Part shown: one piece after another, positions 18,225 through 28,510 of the stretch
Layout of the letters: each line of letters starts with the position of its first letter
Numbering within the stretch: position 1 is the stretch's first letter
From: Clostridia bacterium
Lineage (GTDB): Bacteria; Bacillota; Clostridia; Oscillospirales; CAG-272
Assembly (NCBI GenBank): GCA_017465885.1
Contig: JAFTVG010000021.1
Span: forward strand, 46,500-110,499
Direction of reading: 5' to 3'
DNA: 64,000 nucleotides
Notes under the pieces: model-generated
Told to the model about the DNA's origin: nothing
The model's database searches: none
Seen by the model: only the letters and a program-made list of their open reading frames with translations
Position numbers and translations under genes: made by a program

Positions 18225-18620
18225 TTTTTGGGTCGCGCGGCGGTGCGCTTTCACATAGACCAACCAAAAAAGCACCCCTCAAGGGGTGAAAATCTCGAGG
18301 ATTCGAACCATTCGCCCGGGATCGGTATTGCTTGTTCGTTCCCTTCTTTCTCGCTTGCCGATCCCGCAGAAAAAGCGCAAGCGCTTTTTGGGTCGCGCGG
18401 CGGTGCACTTTCACATAGACCAACCAAAAAAGCACCCCTTAAGGGGTGAAAATCTCGAGGATTCGAACCATTCGCCCGGGATCGGCAAGCCTTTGTTGGG
18501 AACGAAGCTCTGCAAAACCGATCCCACAGAAAAAGCGCAAGCGCTTTTTGGGTCGCGCGGCAGTGCGCTTTCACATAGACCAACCAAAAAAGCACCCCTT
18601 AAGGGGTGCTTTTTTGGTTG
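18225..18620 (-). repeat. 160-bp tandem repeat (about 2.5 copies) downstream of tRNA-Arg(CCG)
   Basis: TTTTTGGGTCGCGCGG recurs at 18225, 18385 and 18545; units near-identical except a 32-nt segment. Confidence 0.93.
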
Positions 18621-18695
18621 GCCTACCCGAAAGGATTCGAACCTTCGACCTTCAGAGTCGGAGTCTGACGCGCTATCCAGCTGTGCCACGGGTAG
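18619..18695 (-). tRNA. tRNA-Arg (CCG)
   Basis: Cloverleaf CTACCCG/CGGGTAG, anticodon arm TCAGA-CTCCGAC-TCTGA, GGTTCGAATCC, encoded CCA. Confidence 0.96.
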
Positions 18696-18893
18696 ATTTG
18701 AGGTCTTTATTGTATCACAAAAAAGTCTTCTTGTAAAGAGTCTTTTTTAAAAACCTTTTGTAAATAAGAGAAAAGAGCCTCTTTGCATATTTATTTTGAA
18801 AGAAAAGTCAAAACCCCCCTTTTCAAAATGAGAATTATGTGCTATAATAGACTGAATAGTATGGATAACTGCGCAATGAACGAGGAGACCGAC

Positions 18894-19331
18894 GTGAGCA
18901 AAAAGGTCATTTTGGAACAACAGAGCGATAGCGAGGGATGCACCGAGGAGATCGGTGCCGACTTTGCAAGACGGATCGAGGGGCAAAAGGACGCCTTTTT
19001 GTGGCTGAAGGGCGACCTTGGTGCGGGTAAGACGGCGTTCGTGCGGGGAATGGCAAGCGTGCTTTGCCCCGGTGCACGGGTGTGCAGTCCCACCTACACG
19101 GTGATGCGCCCGTATCGGGGAAAAAACACCACCCTCTATCACTTTGATATGTACCGCATCACCTCAGAGGAGGATCTAGAGTCGGTGGGCTTTTACGATT
19201 GCGCGGGCATCATCGCTGCAGAATGGTGCGAAAACACCCCTTACGCCCTGCCCGACAGATACTATCTGGTGGAGATCGAAAAAAAGGGCGAGCAGACCCG
19301 ATGCATCCGCATCAGCGAGCAAGAGGGATAA
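18894..19331 (+). CDS. tsaE: t6A biosynthesis ATPase
   Basis: GDLGAGKT, SPTY, HFDMYR, AEW; GTG start after GAGGAG. Confidence 0.93.
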   Translation: MSKKVILEQQSDSEGCTEEIGADFARRIEGQKDAFLWLKGDLGAGKTAFVRGMASVLCPGARVCSPTYTVMRPYRGKNTTLYHFDMYRITSEEDLESVGFYDCAGIIAAEWCENTPYALPDRYYLVEIEKKGEQTRCIRISEQEG

Positions 19332-19366
19332 AAAGGCGCGCTTACGGGCGCAAATGAGGATAAGCT

Positions 19367-20071
19367 ATGAAGATCTTGGCAATAGAGAGCAGTGCCGGCG
19401 TGGCAAGCGTGGCGCTGTGCGAGGATTTGGAGTGCCGGCATCTGGTGCAGGTGCAGTCGGCAAACACCCACTCCACCATCCTTCTGCCTCTGGTGGCAGA
19501 CGCCCTTGGAAAGCAGGGGCTGACGGCAGGCGATATCGATCTGTTTGCCGTGGCGGTGGGTCCGGGCTCTTACACGGGGGTGCGCATCGGCGTGGCAACG
19601 GTGAAGGGTCTTGCGGCGGCAAGCGGTACGCCCTGCGCGGCGGTATCGACGTTAGAGGGCATCGCCCGCAACGCCGACTATTTAGAAGGGGTCATCTGTC
19701 CCGTGATCGACGCCCGCAGAGGGAGGGTCTATACCGCCCTGTTTGAAAGCAGAAACGGCGTCTTTTCCCGTCTGACGGAGGACGGCGTGCTCACCTTTGA
19801 GGAGTTAGACAGGCTTTTGAAAAAGAGAGCCCGCGTGGCGTATCTGGTGGGAAGCGGCTACGACAAGGCAAGGGCGGGCCTGAAATACGAAAAGATCAAG
19901 GAAACGCCCCCCCAGCTTCGGATGGAAAACGCTTACGGCGTGGCAAAATGCGGCTACCTTTCCTACATGAAGGACCCCAAAAGCTGTCTTACCGAGGAAA
20001 AGCTGCTGCCTGTGTACGCTTTGAAGACTCAGGCGGAACGAGAGCGGGAGGAACGGCTGAAAAAGAGCTGA
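19367..20071 (+). CDS. tsaB: t6A biosynthesis protein
   Basis: ILAIESS, GPGSYTGVRIG, DARRGRVY. Confidence 0.94.
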   Translation: MKILAIESSAGVASVALCEDLECRHLVQVQSANTHSTILLPLVADALGKQGLTAGDIDLFAVAVGPGSYTGVRIGVATVKGLAAASGTPCAAVSTLEGIARNADYLEGVICPVIDARRGRVYTALFESRNGVFSRLTEDGVLTFEELDRLLKKRARVAYLVGSGYDKARAGLKYEKIKETPPQLRMENAYGVAKCGYLSYMKDPKSCLTEEKLLPVYALKTQAEREREERLKKS

Positions 20072-20206
20072 GTATCCTCCGGATCAAAAAAGAGAACAAT
20101 CAACGGCTCCCGAGGGCCCTTGTGGGCGGCGCGTTCTTTGCAGGCGTGTCCGCGCGGTCGGACGGAGCGACAAGGTAAAAAAGAACGAAAGAAAGAGGAA
20201 GAAAAC

Positions 20207-20653
20207 ATGACCAACAAGCCTATTGCACTTGCTTGCGATCACGCAGGCTTTCCCCTGAAGGAAGAACTGAAGAAGCATTTTGACGAAACGGGTGTGGCGT
20301 ACGTCGATTACGGTACCGACTCTCTTGCATCGGTAAACTATCCCGACTATGCGCACAAGCTTTGCCGCGCCATCAAGGGCGGTGACCACGATCTGGGCAT
20401 TCTTGTTTGCGGAACGGGCATTGGGATGTCTATGGCGGCAAACAAGCATCCGGGCATCCGCGCGGCGGTGCTTTCCGACACCTTCTCTGCCAGAATGACC
20501 AGAATGCACAACGATGCAAACGTTCTTTGCCTGGGTGCGCGGGTGGTGGGCGCAGGCCTTGCCGCTGACATTGCAGATCTGTTCATCCGCACCGAATATG
20601 AGGGCGGACGCCACGCCAAGAGAGTGGCGATGATCGAGGAGATCGGCGAATAA
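20207..20653 (+). CDS. rpiB: Ribose 5-phosphate isomerase B
   Basis: DHAG, CGTGIGMS, HNDANVL, GGRH. Confidence 0.95.
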   Translation: MTNKPIALACDHAGFPLKEELKKHFDETGVAYVDYGTDSLASVNYPDYAHKLCRAIKGGDHDLGILVCGTGIGMSMAANKHPGIRAAVLSDTFSARMTRMHNDANVLCLGARVVGAGLAADIADLFIRTEYEGGRHAKRVAMIEEIGE

Positions 20654-20756
20654 ACCGATTTATCATTTGTTAAACAAGGCATTTCTCTAAGACCTCCCAT
20701 AGCGGAGGACCCGAATCTATCGGAAAGGACGCCCCGAAAGGGGTGAAAAGAAGGAA

Positions 20757-21917
20757 ATGAACAAAGAACTGCGGGTGGTGGCGGTGGTTCCGTCGCTGAA
20801 TCCCGACGAAAAGCTGAAAAGCGTGGTGGAGGGGCTGCTGGAGCAGGGCTTCTTCAAGGTGCTTTTGGTGGACGACGGCAGCGCCGAGGATCACAAGCAC
20901 CGCTTTGCCGAGTGCGTGGCGCTGGACGAAAAGGTAGAGCTGCTGGTGCACGAGGTCAACCGAGGAAAGGGTGCCGCTATGAAAACGGCGTTTGCCCATA
21001 TCCTTAAAAAATATCCCAAGTGCGAGGGCGCGGTCACGGTGGATGGCGATGCCCAGCATCATCCCGAGGATTGCAGAAACTGCGCCGAAAAGATGGTGGA
21101 AAAGGACTGCGTGATCCTTGGTGTGAGAGATTTTTCCGGTCCCGACGTGCCTAAAAAGAGCAGGATGGGTAACCGCATTACCTCCCTTGTCTTCAAGCTC
21201 TTTTGCGGTATGAAGCTGAGCGACACCCAGACGGGTCTGCGCGCCTTCCCTATGGACGTGCTTCCTCAGATGCTCAAGACCAGGGGCGAGCGCTATGAAT
21301 ACGAGACCCAGATGCTCCTTGATTTCAAATCGCTGAAGATCCCCTATGCCGAGGAAAAGATCCGCACGGTCTACATTGAGGAGAATCAGACCTCCCACTT
21401 CAGGGTGGTGAAGGATTCCTTCCGCATTTATAAGATGATCTTCGCCCATTTTTTCAAATACATCATCACCTCCTTTGCCTCCTATCTGCTGGAGCTTTCG
21501 GTGGTTTCGGGTGTGACGGTGCTGATGCATACCACGGGCGATCACAATCCTCTGACGGTCACTGCGGTGGCTTACGTGGTGGCAAGAGCCATTTCCTCGC
21601 TGTTTAACTTCTTTATGAACCAGAAGTTCGTCTTCAAGGCAAAGTGCTCTATGAAGAAGTCGCTGTGGAAGTATTACGCGCTGTGCATCCCCCTTGCGGT
21701 GGTGGGGCTCGTCTTCAACATGGCGGGCGTTGGCGGTGCTGTTTGGCTTGACTTCCTGCCCCCTGCGGTGGAGGAATACGTCAACCTGATCATCCATCCT
21801 CTGGTGCAGATCGTGATGTTCCTCTTCACCTTTGCGGTGCAGAGAGAATGGGTCTACAAGACCGACAGCAAGCACCGTTTTAAGAGAAAAAAGAAGAATC
21901 ACAAGAATAGAGGCTGA
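20757..21917 (+). CDS. GT2 glycosyltransferase fused to a GtrA domain
   Basis: VDDGS, NRGKG, DGDAQH, DTQTGLR followed by a 4-TM GtrA-like C-terminus. Confidence 0.9.
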   Translation: MNKELRVVAVVPSLNPDEKLKSVVEGLLEQGFFKVLLVDDGSAEDHKHRFAECVALDEKVELLVHEVNRGKGAAMKTAFAHILKKYPKCEGAVTVDGDAQHHPEDCRNCAEKMVEKDCVILGVRDFSGPDVPKKSRMGNRITSLVFKLFCGMKLSDTQTGLRAFPMDVLPQMLKTRGERYEYETQMLLDFKSLKIPYAEEKIRTVYIEENQTSHFRVVKDSFRIYKMIFAHFFKYIITSFASYLLELSVVSGVTVLMHTTGDHNPLTVTAVAYVVARAISSLFNFFMNQKFVFKAKCSMKKSLWKYYALCIPLAVVGLVFNMAGVGGAVWLDFLPPAVEEYVNLIIHPLVQIVMFLFTFAVQREWVYKTDSKHRFKRKKKNHKNRG

Positions 21918-21957
21918 GCAAAACAGCTACCGACGGGACGAAAAGGAGGTAAACGAT

Positions 21958-22671
21958 ATGGCAGCATACAAAAGAATACTCTTGAAGCTCTCGGGCGAAG
22001 CGCTTAAGGGCGAGGAAAAGGGACTTTATCACTACGAAACGCTGGATGCCATCTGCGCCGCTATTGGCAAGTGCAGAGAAAAAGGCGTGCAGGTTGCCGT
22101 TGTGGTGGGTGCAGGCAACATCTGGAGAGGGGGCAGGGCTGACCGCAAGATGGACAGAAGCCTTGCCGACCATATGGGGATGCTTGGCACCACCATCAAC
22201 GCCCTCTGCTTAAAGGACAATCTGCGGAATATGGGCATTCCCGCCGAGGTGATGACCGCGGTGGAGATGCGCACCTTCGCTCTGCCTTATGTGAAGGACG
22301 ACGCGGTAAAGCTGCTGGAGGAGGGCAAGGTGGTCATCTTCGGATGCGGAACCGGATCGCCCTATTTCTCCACCGACACAGCGGCGGTGCTCCGCGGTAA
22401 GGAGATCGGTGCGGACGCACTGCTCTTTGCAAAGAACATCGACGGCGTATACACCGCCGATCCCGCAAAGGACAAGACGGCAAAGAAGCTTTCCCATATC
22501 ACCTTCAAGGAGATCCTTGAAAAGCAGCTCAAGGCCATTGACCTGACCGCCGCCGCTTTTTGCCTTGAAAACGATATGAAGGTGCTGGTCTTCGGACTGG
22601 ACGACCCCGAAAACATCGTGAGAGTGGCAGAGGGCGAGGCGCCCGGCACTCTGCTTGACAATATGGAATAA
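21958..22671 (+). CDS. pyrH: UMP kinase
   Basis: LLKLSGEAL, DHMGML, FSTDTAA; AAGGAGG RBS. Confidence 0.96.
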   Translation: MAAYKRILLKLSGEALKGEEKGLYHYETLDAICAAIGKCREKGVQVAVVVGAGNIWRGGRADRKMDRSLADHMGMLGTTINALCLKDNLRNMGIPAEVMTAVEMRTFALPYVKDDAVKLLEEGKVVIFGCGTGSPYFSTDTAAVLRGKEIGADALLFAKNIDGVYTADPAKDKTAKKLSHITFKEILEKQLKAIDLTAAAFCLENDMKVLVFGLDDPENIVRVAEGEAPGTLLDNME

Positions 22672-22720
22672 AGAAACAAAAATATAAATAAAAACGTGAA
22701 ATAAGAAAGGAACTACCATT

Positions 22721-23275
22721 ATGAAACTGGAACTGAGCGTATACGAAAGCAAAATGAAGAAGAGCATTTCGGTATTTGAATCCGAGCTGTCGGTGATCAG
22801 CGCAGGCAGAGCAAATCCTGCCGTTTTAAACGGCGTGACCGTGGACTACTACGGTGCACCCACCGCCATCAACGCCGTGGCTGAGGTCAAGGTGACCGAT
22901 GCCCGCACCATCACCATCACTCCTTGGGACGGCTCTCTGCTCAAGGGCATTGAAAAGGCCATCCTTGTTGCAGACATCGGCGTGGTTCCTCAGAACGACG
23001 GCAGACTGATCCGTCTGGTATTCCCTCAGGCAACCGAGGAGAGAAGAAAGGCGCTGTGCAAGGACGTGGCAAAGATGGGCGAGGAGTGCAAGGTCAATCT
23101 GCGCAACATCCGCCGCGACGCTAACGACAAGTGCAAGGATATGAAGAAAAAGAGCGAGATGACCGAGGACGAGCAGAAGTCCTCCGAAAAGTCGGTGCAG
23201 GAGCTGACCGATAAGTATATCAAGCAGGTAGACGGGATCGTGGACAAGAAGTCCAAGGAGATCATGTCCATCTGA
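22721..23275 (+). CDS. frr: Ribosome recycling factor
   Basis: GRANP, VDYYG, TEERRK, RNIRRDA. Confidence 0.96.
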   Translation: MKLELSVYESKMKKSISVFESELSVISAGRANPAVLNGVTVDYYGAPTAINAVAEVKVTDARTITITPWDGSLLKGIEKAILVADIGVVPQNDGRLIRLVFPQATEERRKALCKDVAKMGEECKVNLRNIRRDANDKCKDMKKKSEMTEDEQKSSEKSVQELTDKYIKQVDGIVDKKSKEIMSI

Positions 23276-23362
23276 TCGCTTAAGGTGTTTTGAAGATCGG
23301 CGGGCGGGTGTTATAGATGACCCGCCCTTGCCATAACGGACGAACGTGGGAGGAGCTTTGCT

Positions 23363-24079
23363 ATGTCGATGGAAGAAAGCAAGAAACTGATTGCCGAGAA
23401 GGGACTGAGGCACATTGCCTTTATTATGGACGGCAACGGAAGATGGGCAAAAAAGAGAGGACTGCCTCGGGAATTCGGGCACAAAACGGGGGCGGCGACC
23501 TTTAAAAAGGTCATCAGCTACTGCTATGAATGCGGGATCGAGTGTGTCACCGTTTACGCCTTTTCCACCGAAAACTGGAAGAGATCGGAAAGAGAGGTCA
23601 CGGCTCTGATGACCCTGTTTTCCTCCTATCTTGACGAGGCGTACGGAGATCTTTCCAAAAACAACATCCGCATCATCTTTTTGGGTGACAAATCAAGACT
23701 GTCTTCTTCTTTGGTAAAGAAGATCGACACCCTTGAAAAAAAGACCGAGCAGGGCGACAAGATCCTGAATATTGCTCTCAATTACGGCTCAAGAGACGAG
23801 ATCCTCCACGCCGTCAACAGCCTTTTGAAGGAGGGCGTTGCCGAGGTAAGCGAGGAGGAGTTTTCAAGGCGTCTTTATACTGCCGCATCCCCCGACCCCG
23901 ACCTGGTGGTGCGCACGGCGGGAGAGCAACGTCTTTCCAACTTCCTTTTGTGGCAGGCGGCGTACAGCGAGTTTTACTACACCGACACTCTTTGGCCCGA
24001 TATGAACGACGAGGAGTTAGACCGTGCCTTTGCGGCATTCGGCGGCAGAGTCAGACGGTACGGCGCAGTGGTGGAATGA
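23363..24079 (+). CDS. uppS: Undecaprenyl diphosphate synthase
   Basis: HIAFIMDGNGRWA, YAFSTENW, RLSNFLLWQ. Confidence 0.96.
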   Translation: MSMEESKKLIAEKGLRHIAFIMDGNGRWAKKRGLPREFGHKTGAATFKKVISYCYECGIECVTVYAFSTENWKRSEREVTALMTLFSSYLDEAYGDLSKNNIRIIFLGDKSRLSSSLVKKIDTLEKKTEQGDKILNIALNYGSRDEILHAVNSLLKEGVAEVSEEEFSRRLYTAASPDPDLVVRTAGEQRLSNFLLWQAAYSEFYYTDTLWPDMNDEELDRAFAAFGGRVRRYGAVVE

Positions 24080-24144
24080 CCCCTTTTACGACTTTGGAAT
24101 GATGATTTGATGAGCCGACCTTTCGGCATACAAGGAGAACGGTT

Positions 24145-24978
24145 ATGAAAACGAGAGTGATCACGGCGCTTGTGGGACTTTGCGTCTTTTTGCCCCTGCT
24201 GATCTTTTCCCATACCTACGCAGGCTGTTTTTTGGCACAGCTTCTCTGCCTTTTTGCGGTATACGAGATCACCGGTGCCACAGGACTGCGCAAAAAATGG
24301 CATCTGTCCCTGCCCTTATATCTACCGGCGGTCGGACTGCCTCTGTTGATCTTTTTTGAAGCGACCAGAGATCATTTCTTTGAGTACAGCGCCCTTGTTT
24401 TTGCGCTGATCGCCTTTTACATCATGACCTGTGCCGTCTTTTCAAGGGGCAAGATCAAGCCCACCGACGCATCGGTCCTCTTTACCATGCTGTTTTACAG
24501 CTTTATCGGCTTTAACGCCATCTATTTCCTGCGGCATCAGCCAAACGGCGGGTATTTGATGGTCCTGCTGTTCTTGACCCCCTGGGCGACCGATATTTTT
24601 GCCTATTTTTCGGGCAGACTTTTCGGAAAGCACAAGCTTATTCCCGATGTCAGCCCCAAAAAGACGGTGGAGGGGGCGGTCGGCGGCTTTGTGATGGCAA
24701 CGGTGATCACCGTGCTTTACGGGCTGTTTATCGGACTTTTTACCTCTGCCACCCCCAATTATCCTCTGCTGATCTTGGCAGGCGTGCTGATGTCCCTCTT
24801 TTCCATGGTGGGCGACCTTGTTGCCTCTCTTGTGAAAAGACATTACGGCATCAAGGACTACAGCCGCCTTCTGCCCGGTCACGGAGGCGTGCTTGACCGC
24901 TTTGACAGCAATCTGGCGGCGGCGTACATCCTGATCATTCTTTATGAGCTGCCCTTTGGGTTCAGCCTGTTTAACTGA
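24145..24978 (+). CDS. cdsA: Phosphatidate cytidylyltransferase
   Basis: SPKKTVEG, KD..LLPGHGGVLDRFD. Confidence 0.95.
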   Translation: MKTRVITALVGLCVFLPLLIFSHTYAGCFLAQLLCLFAVYEITGATGLRKKWHLSLPLYLPAVGLPLLIFFEATRDHFFEYSALVFALIAFYIMTCAVFSRGKIKPTDASVLFTMLFYSFIGFNAIYFLRHQPNGGYLMVLLFLTPWATDIFAYFSGRLFGKHKLIPDVSPKKTVEGAVGGFVMATVITVLYGLFIGLFTSATPNYPLLILAGVLMSLFSMVGDLVASLVKRHYGIKDYSRLLPGHGGVLDRFDSNLAAAYILIILYELPFGFSLFN

Positions 24979-25079
24979 GCAAAAGAAGGGCGGGTGCAGG
25001 CGTCCTGCACCCGCCCGATTTAAAAGAGCCTTTTTTCTGCAGCCTTTGCGGGGAAAGGGCGAAATTTTGGAGAGAAGAT

Positions 25080-26222
25080 ATGAAGACCATTGCAATTTTG
25101 GGATCGACCGGTTCCATTGGTACCCAGTCGCTGGACGTGGCGGCAAGAAAGGGCTACAAGGTGGACGCCCTTGCCGCGGGACGAAACGTGAAGCTGGCGG
25201 AGGAGCAGCTGCGCCGCTTTGCTCCCCGCTATTTTGCCATGGGCGATGAAAAGGCGGCAAAGGAGCTGAAGATCGCCGCGGCGGACACCGACACCAAGAT
25301 CCTGTCGGGCGAAGAGGGAATTTGTGCGCTGGCAGGAATGACGGAGGCAGATACCGTCATAAACTCTATCGTGGGCAGAGCGGGCCTTTCGCCCACCGTA
25401 TCCATTCTGGAAGCGAACAAAAAGCTGGCTCTTGCCAACAAGGAAAGCCTGGTGTGCGCCGGTGACATCGTGATGAAAATGGCAAAGGACAGAGGACTTT
25501 TGCCCATTTTGCCGGTGGACAGCGAGCATTCCGCCATCTTCCAGTGCCTGCAGGCAGGCAAAAAGGAGGAGGTCTCCCGCCTCCTGCTCACCGCATCGGG
25601 CGGACCGTTCTTCGGCAAGAAGAGGGAAGAGCTTGAGCATATGACCGCAAAGGAAGCCCTTGCCCATCCCACCTGGTCGATGGGGGCAAAGATCACCGTG
25701 GACTCCTCCACCCTGATGAACAAGGGCTTTGAGGTGATGGAGGCGGTGCATCTCTTCGGGATTCCCGCAAGCCGCGTGGAGGTGGTGGTGCATAGAGAAA
25801 GCATCGTCCACTCTATGGTGGAATACGTGGATCACAGCGTGATCGCTCAGCTTGCCACCCCCGATATGAGGGACTGCATCCAGTATGCCATCACCTATCC
25901 CGATAGGGACCCCTCGCCCGTCAAGCCCCTTGACCTTGCCGCCATCGGCAAGCTGACCTTTGCCTCCCCCGACAGAGAGACCTTCCCTCTGCTGAACAAA
26001 GCCACCGAGTGCCTTGTGAAGGGCGGCGTGGCAGGTGCGGTTTTAAACGGTGCAAACGAGGGGGCAGTTGCCCTCTTCCTTGCGGGCAAGATCACCTTCA
26101 ACCGTCTGTCGGAGTACGTCATCAAGGTGGTGGACGAGTTTGAAGAGATCAAGGAGCCTACCCTTGAGGATATTTACGCCTGCGGTAAGGAAGCGGAAAG
26201 ACGGGTCCTTGCCATGGCGTAA
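25080..26222 (+). CDS. dxr: 1-deoxy-D-xylulose 5-phosphate reductoisomerase
   Basis: GSTGSIG, LANKESLV, PVDSEHSA, HPTWSMG. Confidence 0.97.
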   Translation: MKTIAILGSTGSIGTQSLDVAARKGYKVDALAAGRNVKLAEEQLRRFAPRYFAMGDEKAAKELKIAAADTDTKILSGEEGICALAGMTEADTVINSIVGRAGLSPTVSILEANKKLALANKESLVCAGDIVMKMAKDRGLLPILPVDSEHSAIFQCLQAGKKEEVSRLLLTASGGPFFGKKREELEHMTAKEALAHPTWSMGAKITVDSSTLMNKGFEVMEAVHLFGIPASRVEVVVHRESIVHSMVEYVDHSVIAQLATPDMRDCIQYAITYPDRDPSPVKPLDLAAIGKLTFASPDRETFPLLNKATECLVKGGVAGAVLNGANEGAVALFLAGKITFNRLSEYVIKVVDEFEEIKEPTLEDIYACGKEAERRVLAMA

Positions 26223-26283
26223 GGGGAAACTGCGCCGATTTTAAGGCGATCCTTTCCCATTTTTTCAATTACAGGAGCAATAC

Positions 26284-27396
26284 ATGGTATTTTCGGCAAA
26301 CAATTTTTTGGCAGGCGCGATGAATAATCAGGCGGTGTTTTTTCTCATCACCGCCCTTGCCACCGTCCTGCTTTTCGGCTTTCTTATCTTTATTCACGAG
26401 TTTGGGCACTACCTGACCGCGCGTCTTTTTGGGGTGACGGTGAAGGAGTTTGCCATCGGAATGGGCCCTAAGCTCTTTGGCTGGGTGTCCAAAAAGACGG
26501 GCATCGCTTACAGAGTCCGCGCCCTGCCCATCGGGGGCTTCGTGAGCATGGAGGGAGAGGACGAGGAGTCGGGCGACCCCAACGCCTTTTATAAAAAGGC
26601 GGTTTGGAAGAGGATGATCGTTACCGCCGCAGGGGCGGCAATGAACCTGCTCTTCGGCAGTCTGCTTGCCTTCATCTATATCCTGACCTCCACGGGACTT
26701 GCCGCTCCGGTGGTGTATAAGTTTCAGGAGGATGCCGCTTCAAGTCAGTGGCTGAAGGAAAACGACGTGATCTTGAAGGTGGACGGCACCACGGTCTTTA
26801 CCGGGCAGGACGCCTACTACGAGATCTTGAGAAAGGGCGTTGAGCCCATCGATATTTTGGTAAAGCGGGACGGGGAAAAGGTGCTTTTGAAGGACGTGAC
26901 CTTCGGCAAGCAGACCGAGCAGGGCGTGCAGTTCGGCGCCCAGGACTTCTATTTTCCAAGGGAAGAAAAGAACCCGCTGACCGTGATGAAGCATACCGCC
27001 AGCCAGATGCGGCTGTCGGTGAAGATGGTCTACGAATCGCTTTTCGACCTGATCACGGGCAGATACGGCCTTGAGGCGGTATCGGGTCCGGTTGGCGTGG
27101 CGGGCGAGGTCGGCGGGGCGCTGAAGGACGATCTGCAGGCAGACCCCGAAAAGGGGCAGAGCAGCAACAATCTGCTCTATCTTGCCATGATCATCACCGT
27201 GAATTTGGGGGTGATGAACCTTCTGCCCATTCCCGCCCTTGACGGAGGCAGACTGTTCTTCCAGTTCGTGGAGCTGATCTTCCGCAAGCCCATTCCCCAC
27301 AAATACGAGGGCTATATCCACGGTGCGGGCATCGTGATCTTAATGGCGCTTATGGCGCTGGTGGCGTTGAAGGATACCATCGGGCTGTTTGGCTAA
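26284..27396 (+). CDS. rseP: Site-2 (M50) membrane metalloprotease
   Basis: HEFGH, PDZ-like region, NLLPIPALDGG. Confidence 0.92.
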   Translation: MVFSANNFLAGAMNNQAVFFLITALATVLLFGFLIFIHEFGHYLTARLFGVTVKEFAIGMGPKLFGWVSKKTGIAYRVRALPIGGFVSMEGEDEESGDPNAFYKKAVWKRMIVTAAGAAMNLLFGSLLAFIYILTSTGLAAPVVYKFQEDAASSQWLKENDVILKVDGTTVFTGQDAYYEILRKGVEPIDILVKRDGEKVLLKDVTFGKQTEQGVQFGAQDFYFPREEKNPLTVMKHTASQMRLSVKMVYESLFDLITGRYGLEAVSGPVGVAGEVGGALKDDLQADPEKGQSSNNLLYLAMIITVNLGVMNLLPIPALDGGRLFFQFVELIFRKPIPHKYEGYIHGAGIVILMALMALVALKDTIGLFG

Positions 27397-27430
27397 GACA
27401 AATACGTTGTAGTTTTTAAAGAGGCTTAAA

Positions 27431-28504
27431 ATGAACGAATACAATCAGATCAGAAGAAAAACCAAAAAAATCAAGGTAGGGAAGCTGTATATCGGCGGAG
27501 ATGCACCTGTTTCGGTGCAGTCTATGACCTGCACCAGAGGATACGACGCCATCTACGGACAGATGAAGGCGCTTCAGGATGCGGGCTGTGACATCGTTCG
27601 TATGACGGTGCCCGATATGGAAAACGTGAAGATCCTTTCCCGTATCAAGGAAAGCGACATTACCATGCCCATCGTGGCGGACATCCATTTTGACTACAAA
27701 ATGGCGATCGAAGCCGCCTATGCAGGGGCAGACAAGGTGCGCATCAACCCGGGTAACATCGGCTCGGAGGATCGGGTGAAGGCGGTGGTGGATGCCTGCA
27801 AGGCAAAGGACATTGCCATTCGCGTGGGTGTGAACAGCGGCTCGCTTGACAAGAAGAAGCTTGACAAATACGGCGCGGTGACCCCTGAGGGACTGTGCGA
27901 AAGTGCCCTTGAGAACGTCCGTCTGCTGGAAAAGTATGATTTTGAGAACATCGTGGTGGCGGTAAAGTCCTCTTCGCCCTATAAAATGGCGATGGCAAAC
28001 AGACTCATCGCCGAAAAGTGCGACTATCCCATCCACCTTGGTGTGACCGAGGCGGGCACGGCGCGTCTGGGCGAAGCAAAGGGTGCGGCGGGCATCGGCG
28101 GAATGCTCCTGGCGGGCATCGGCGATACTCTGCGCTTCTCGCTGACGGCAGACCCCGTGGAGGAGGTATACTGCGGCAGAAGACTTCTGGAAGCCCTGGG
28201 GTTTGACGACAAGAGCCTTCTTGAGCTGGTGTCCTGCCCCACCTGCGGCAGAACGATGATCGACATCGTGGGTATCGCGGAGGAGTTTGAAAGACAGGCG
28301 CTGACCTTGAAGCTGACGAGAAAGACCAAGGTCGCCATTATGGGTTGCGTGGTCAACGGCCCCGGTGAGGCGGCAGATGCCGACGTGGGCATCGCAGGAG
28401 GCAAGGGCGAGGCGGTCCTCTTCAAGAAGGGACAGATCGTGTGCAAGCTCCCCGAGGATCAGCTGGTTTCCAGACTGATCGAAGAGATCAAGGCAATGCA
28501 GTGA
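27431..28504 (+). CDS. ispG: HMBPP synthase
   Basis: VQSMT, ADIHFD, RINPGNIG, SCPTCGR, MGCVVNGPGE. Confidence 0.97.
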   Translation: MNEYNQIRRKTKKIKVGKLYIGGDAPVSVQSMTCTRGYDAIYGQMKALQDAGCDIVRMTVPDMENVKILSRIKESDITMPIVADIHFDYKMAIEAAYAGADKVRINPGNIGSEDRVKAVVDACKAKDIAIRVGVNSGSLDKKKLDKYGAVTPEGLCESALENVRLLEKYDFENIVVAVKSSSPYKMAMANRLIAEKCDYPIHLGVTEAGTARLGEAKGAAGIGGMLLAGIGDTLRFSLTADPVEEVYCGRRLLEALGFDDKSLLELVSCPTCGRTMIDIVGIAEEFERQALTLKLTRKTKVAIMGCVVNGPGEAADADVGIAGGKGEAVLFKKGQIVCKLPEDQLVSRLIEEIKAMQ

Positions 28505-28510
28505 TGGATC

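Noticed and set aside
18225-18620. CRISPR array (constant repeat with 32-nt variable segments)
   Set aside because: Constant part is 128 bp, there are only two variable segments and they are related by inversion, and no cas genes are present
18186-18750. Several 70-150 aa ORFs with internal repeats
   Set aside because: Translations of the 160-bp repeat and the tRNA gene
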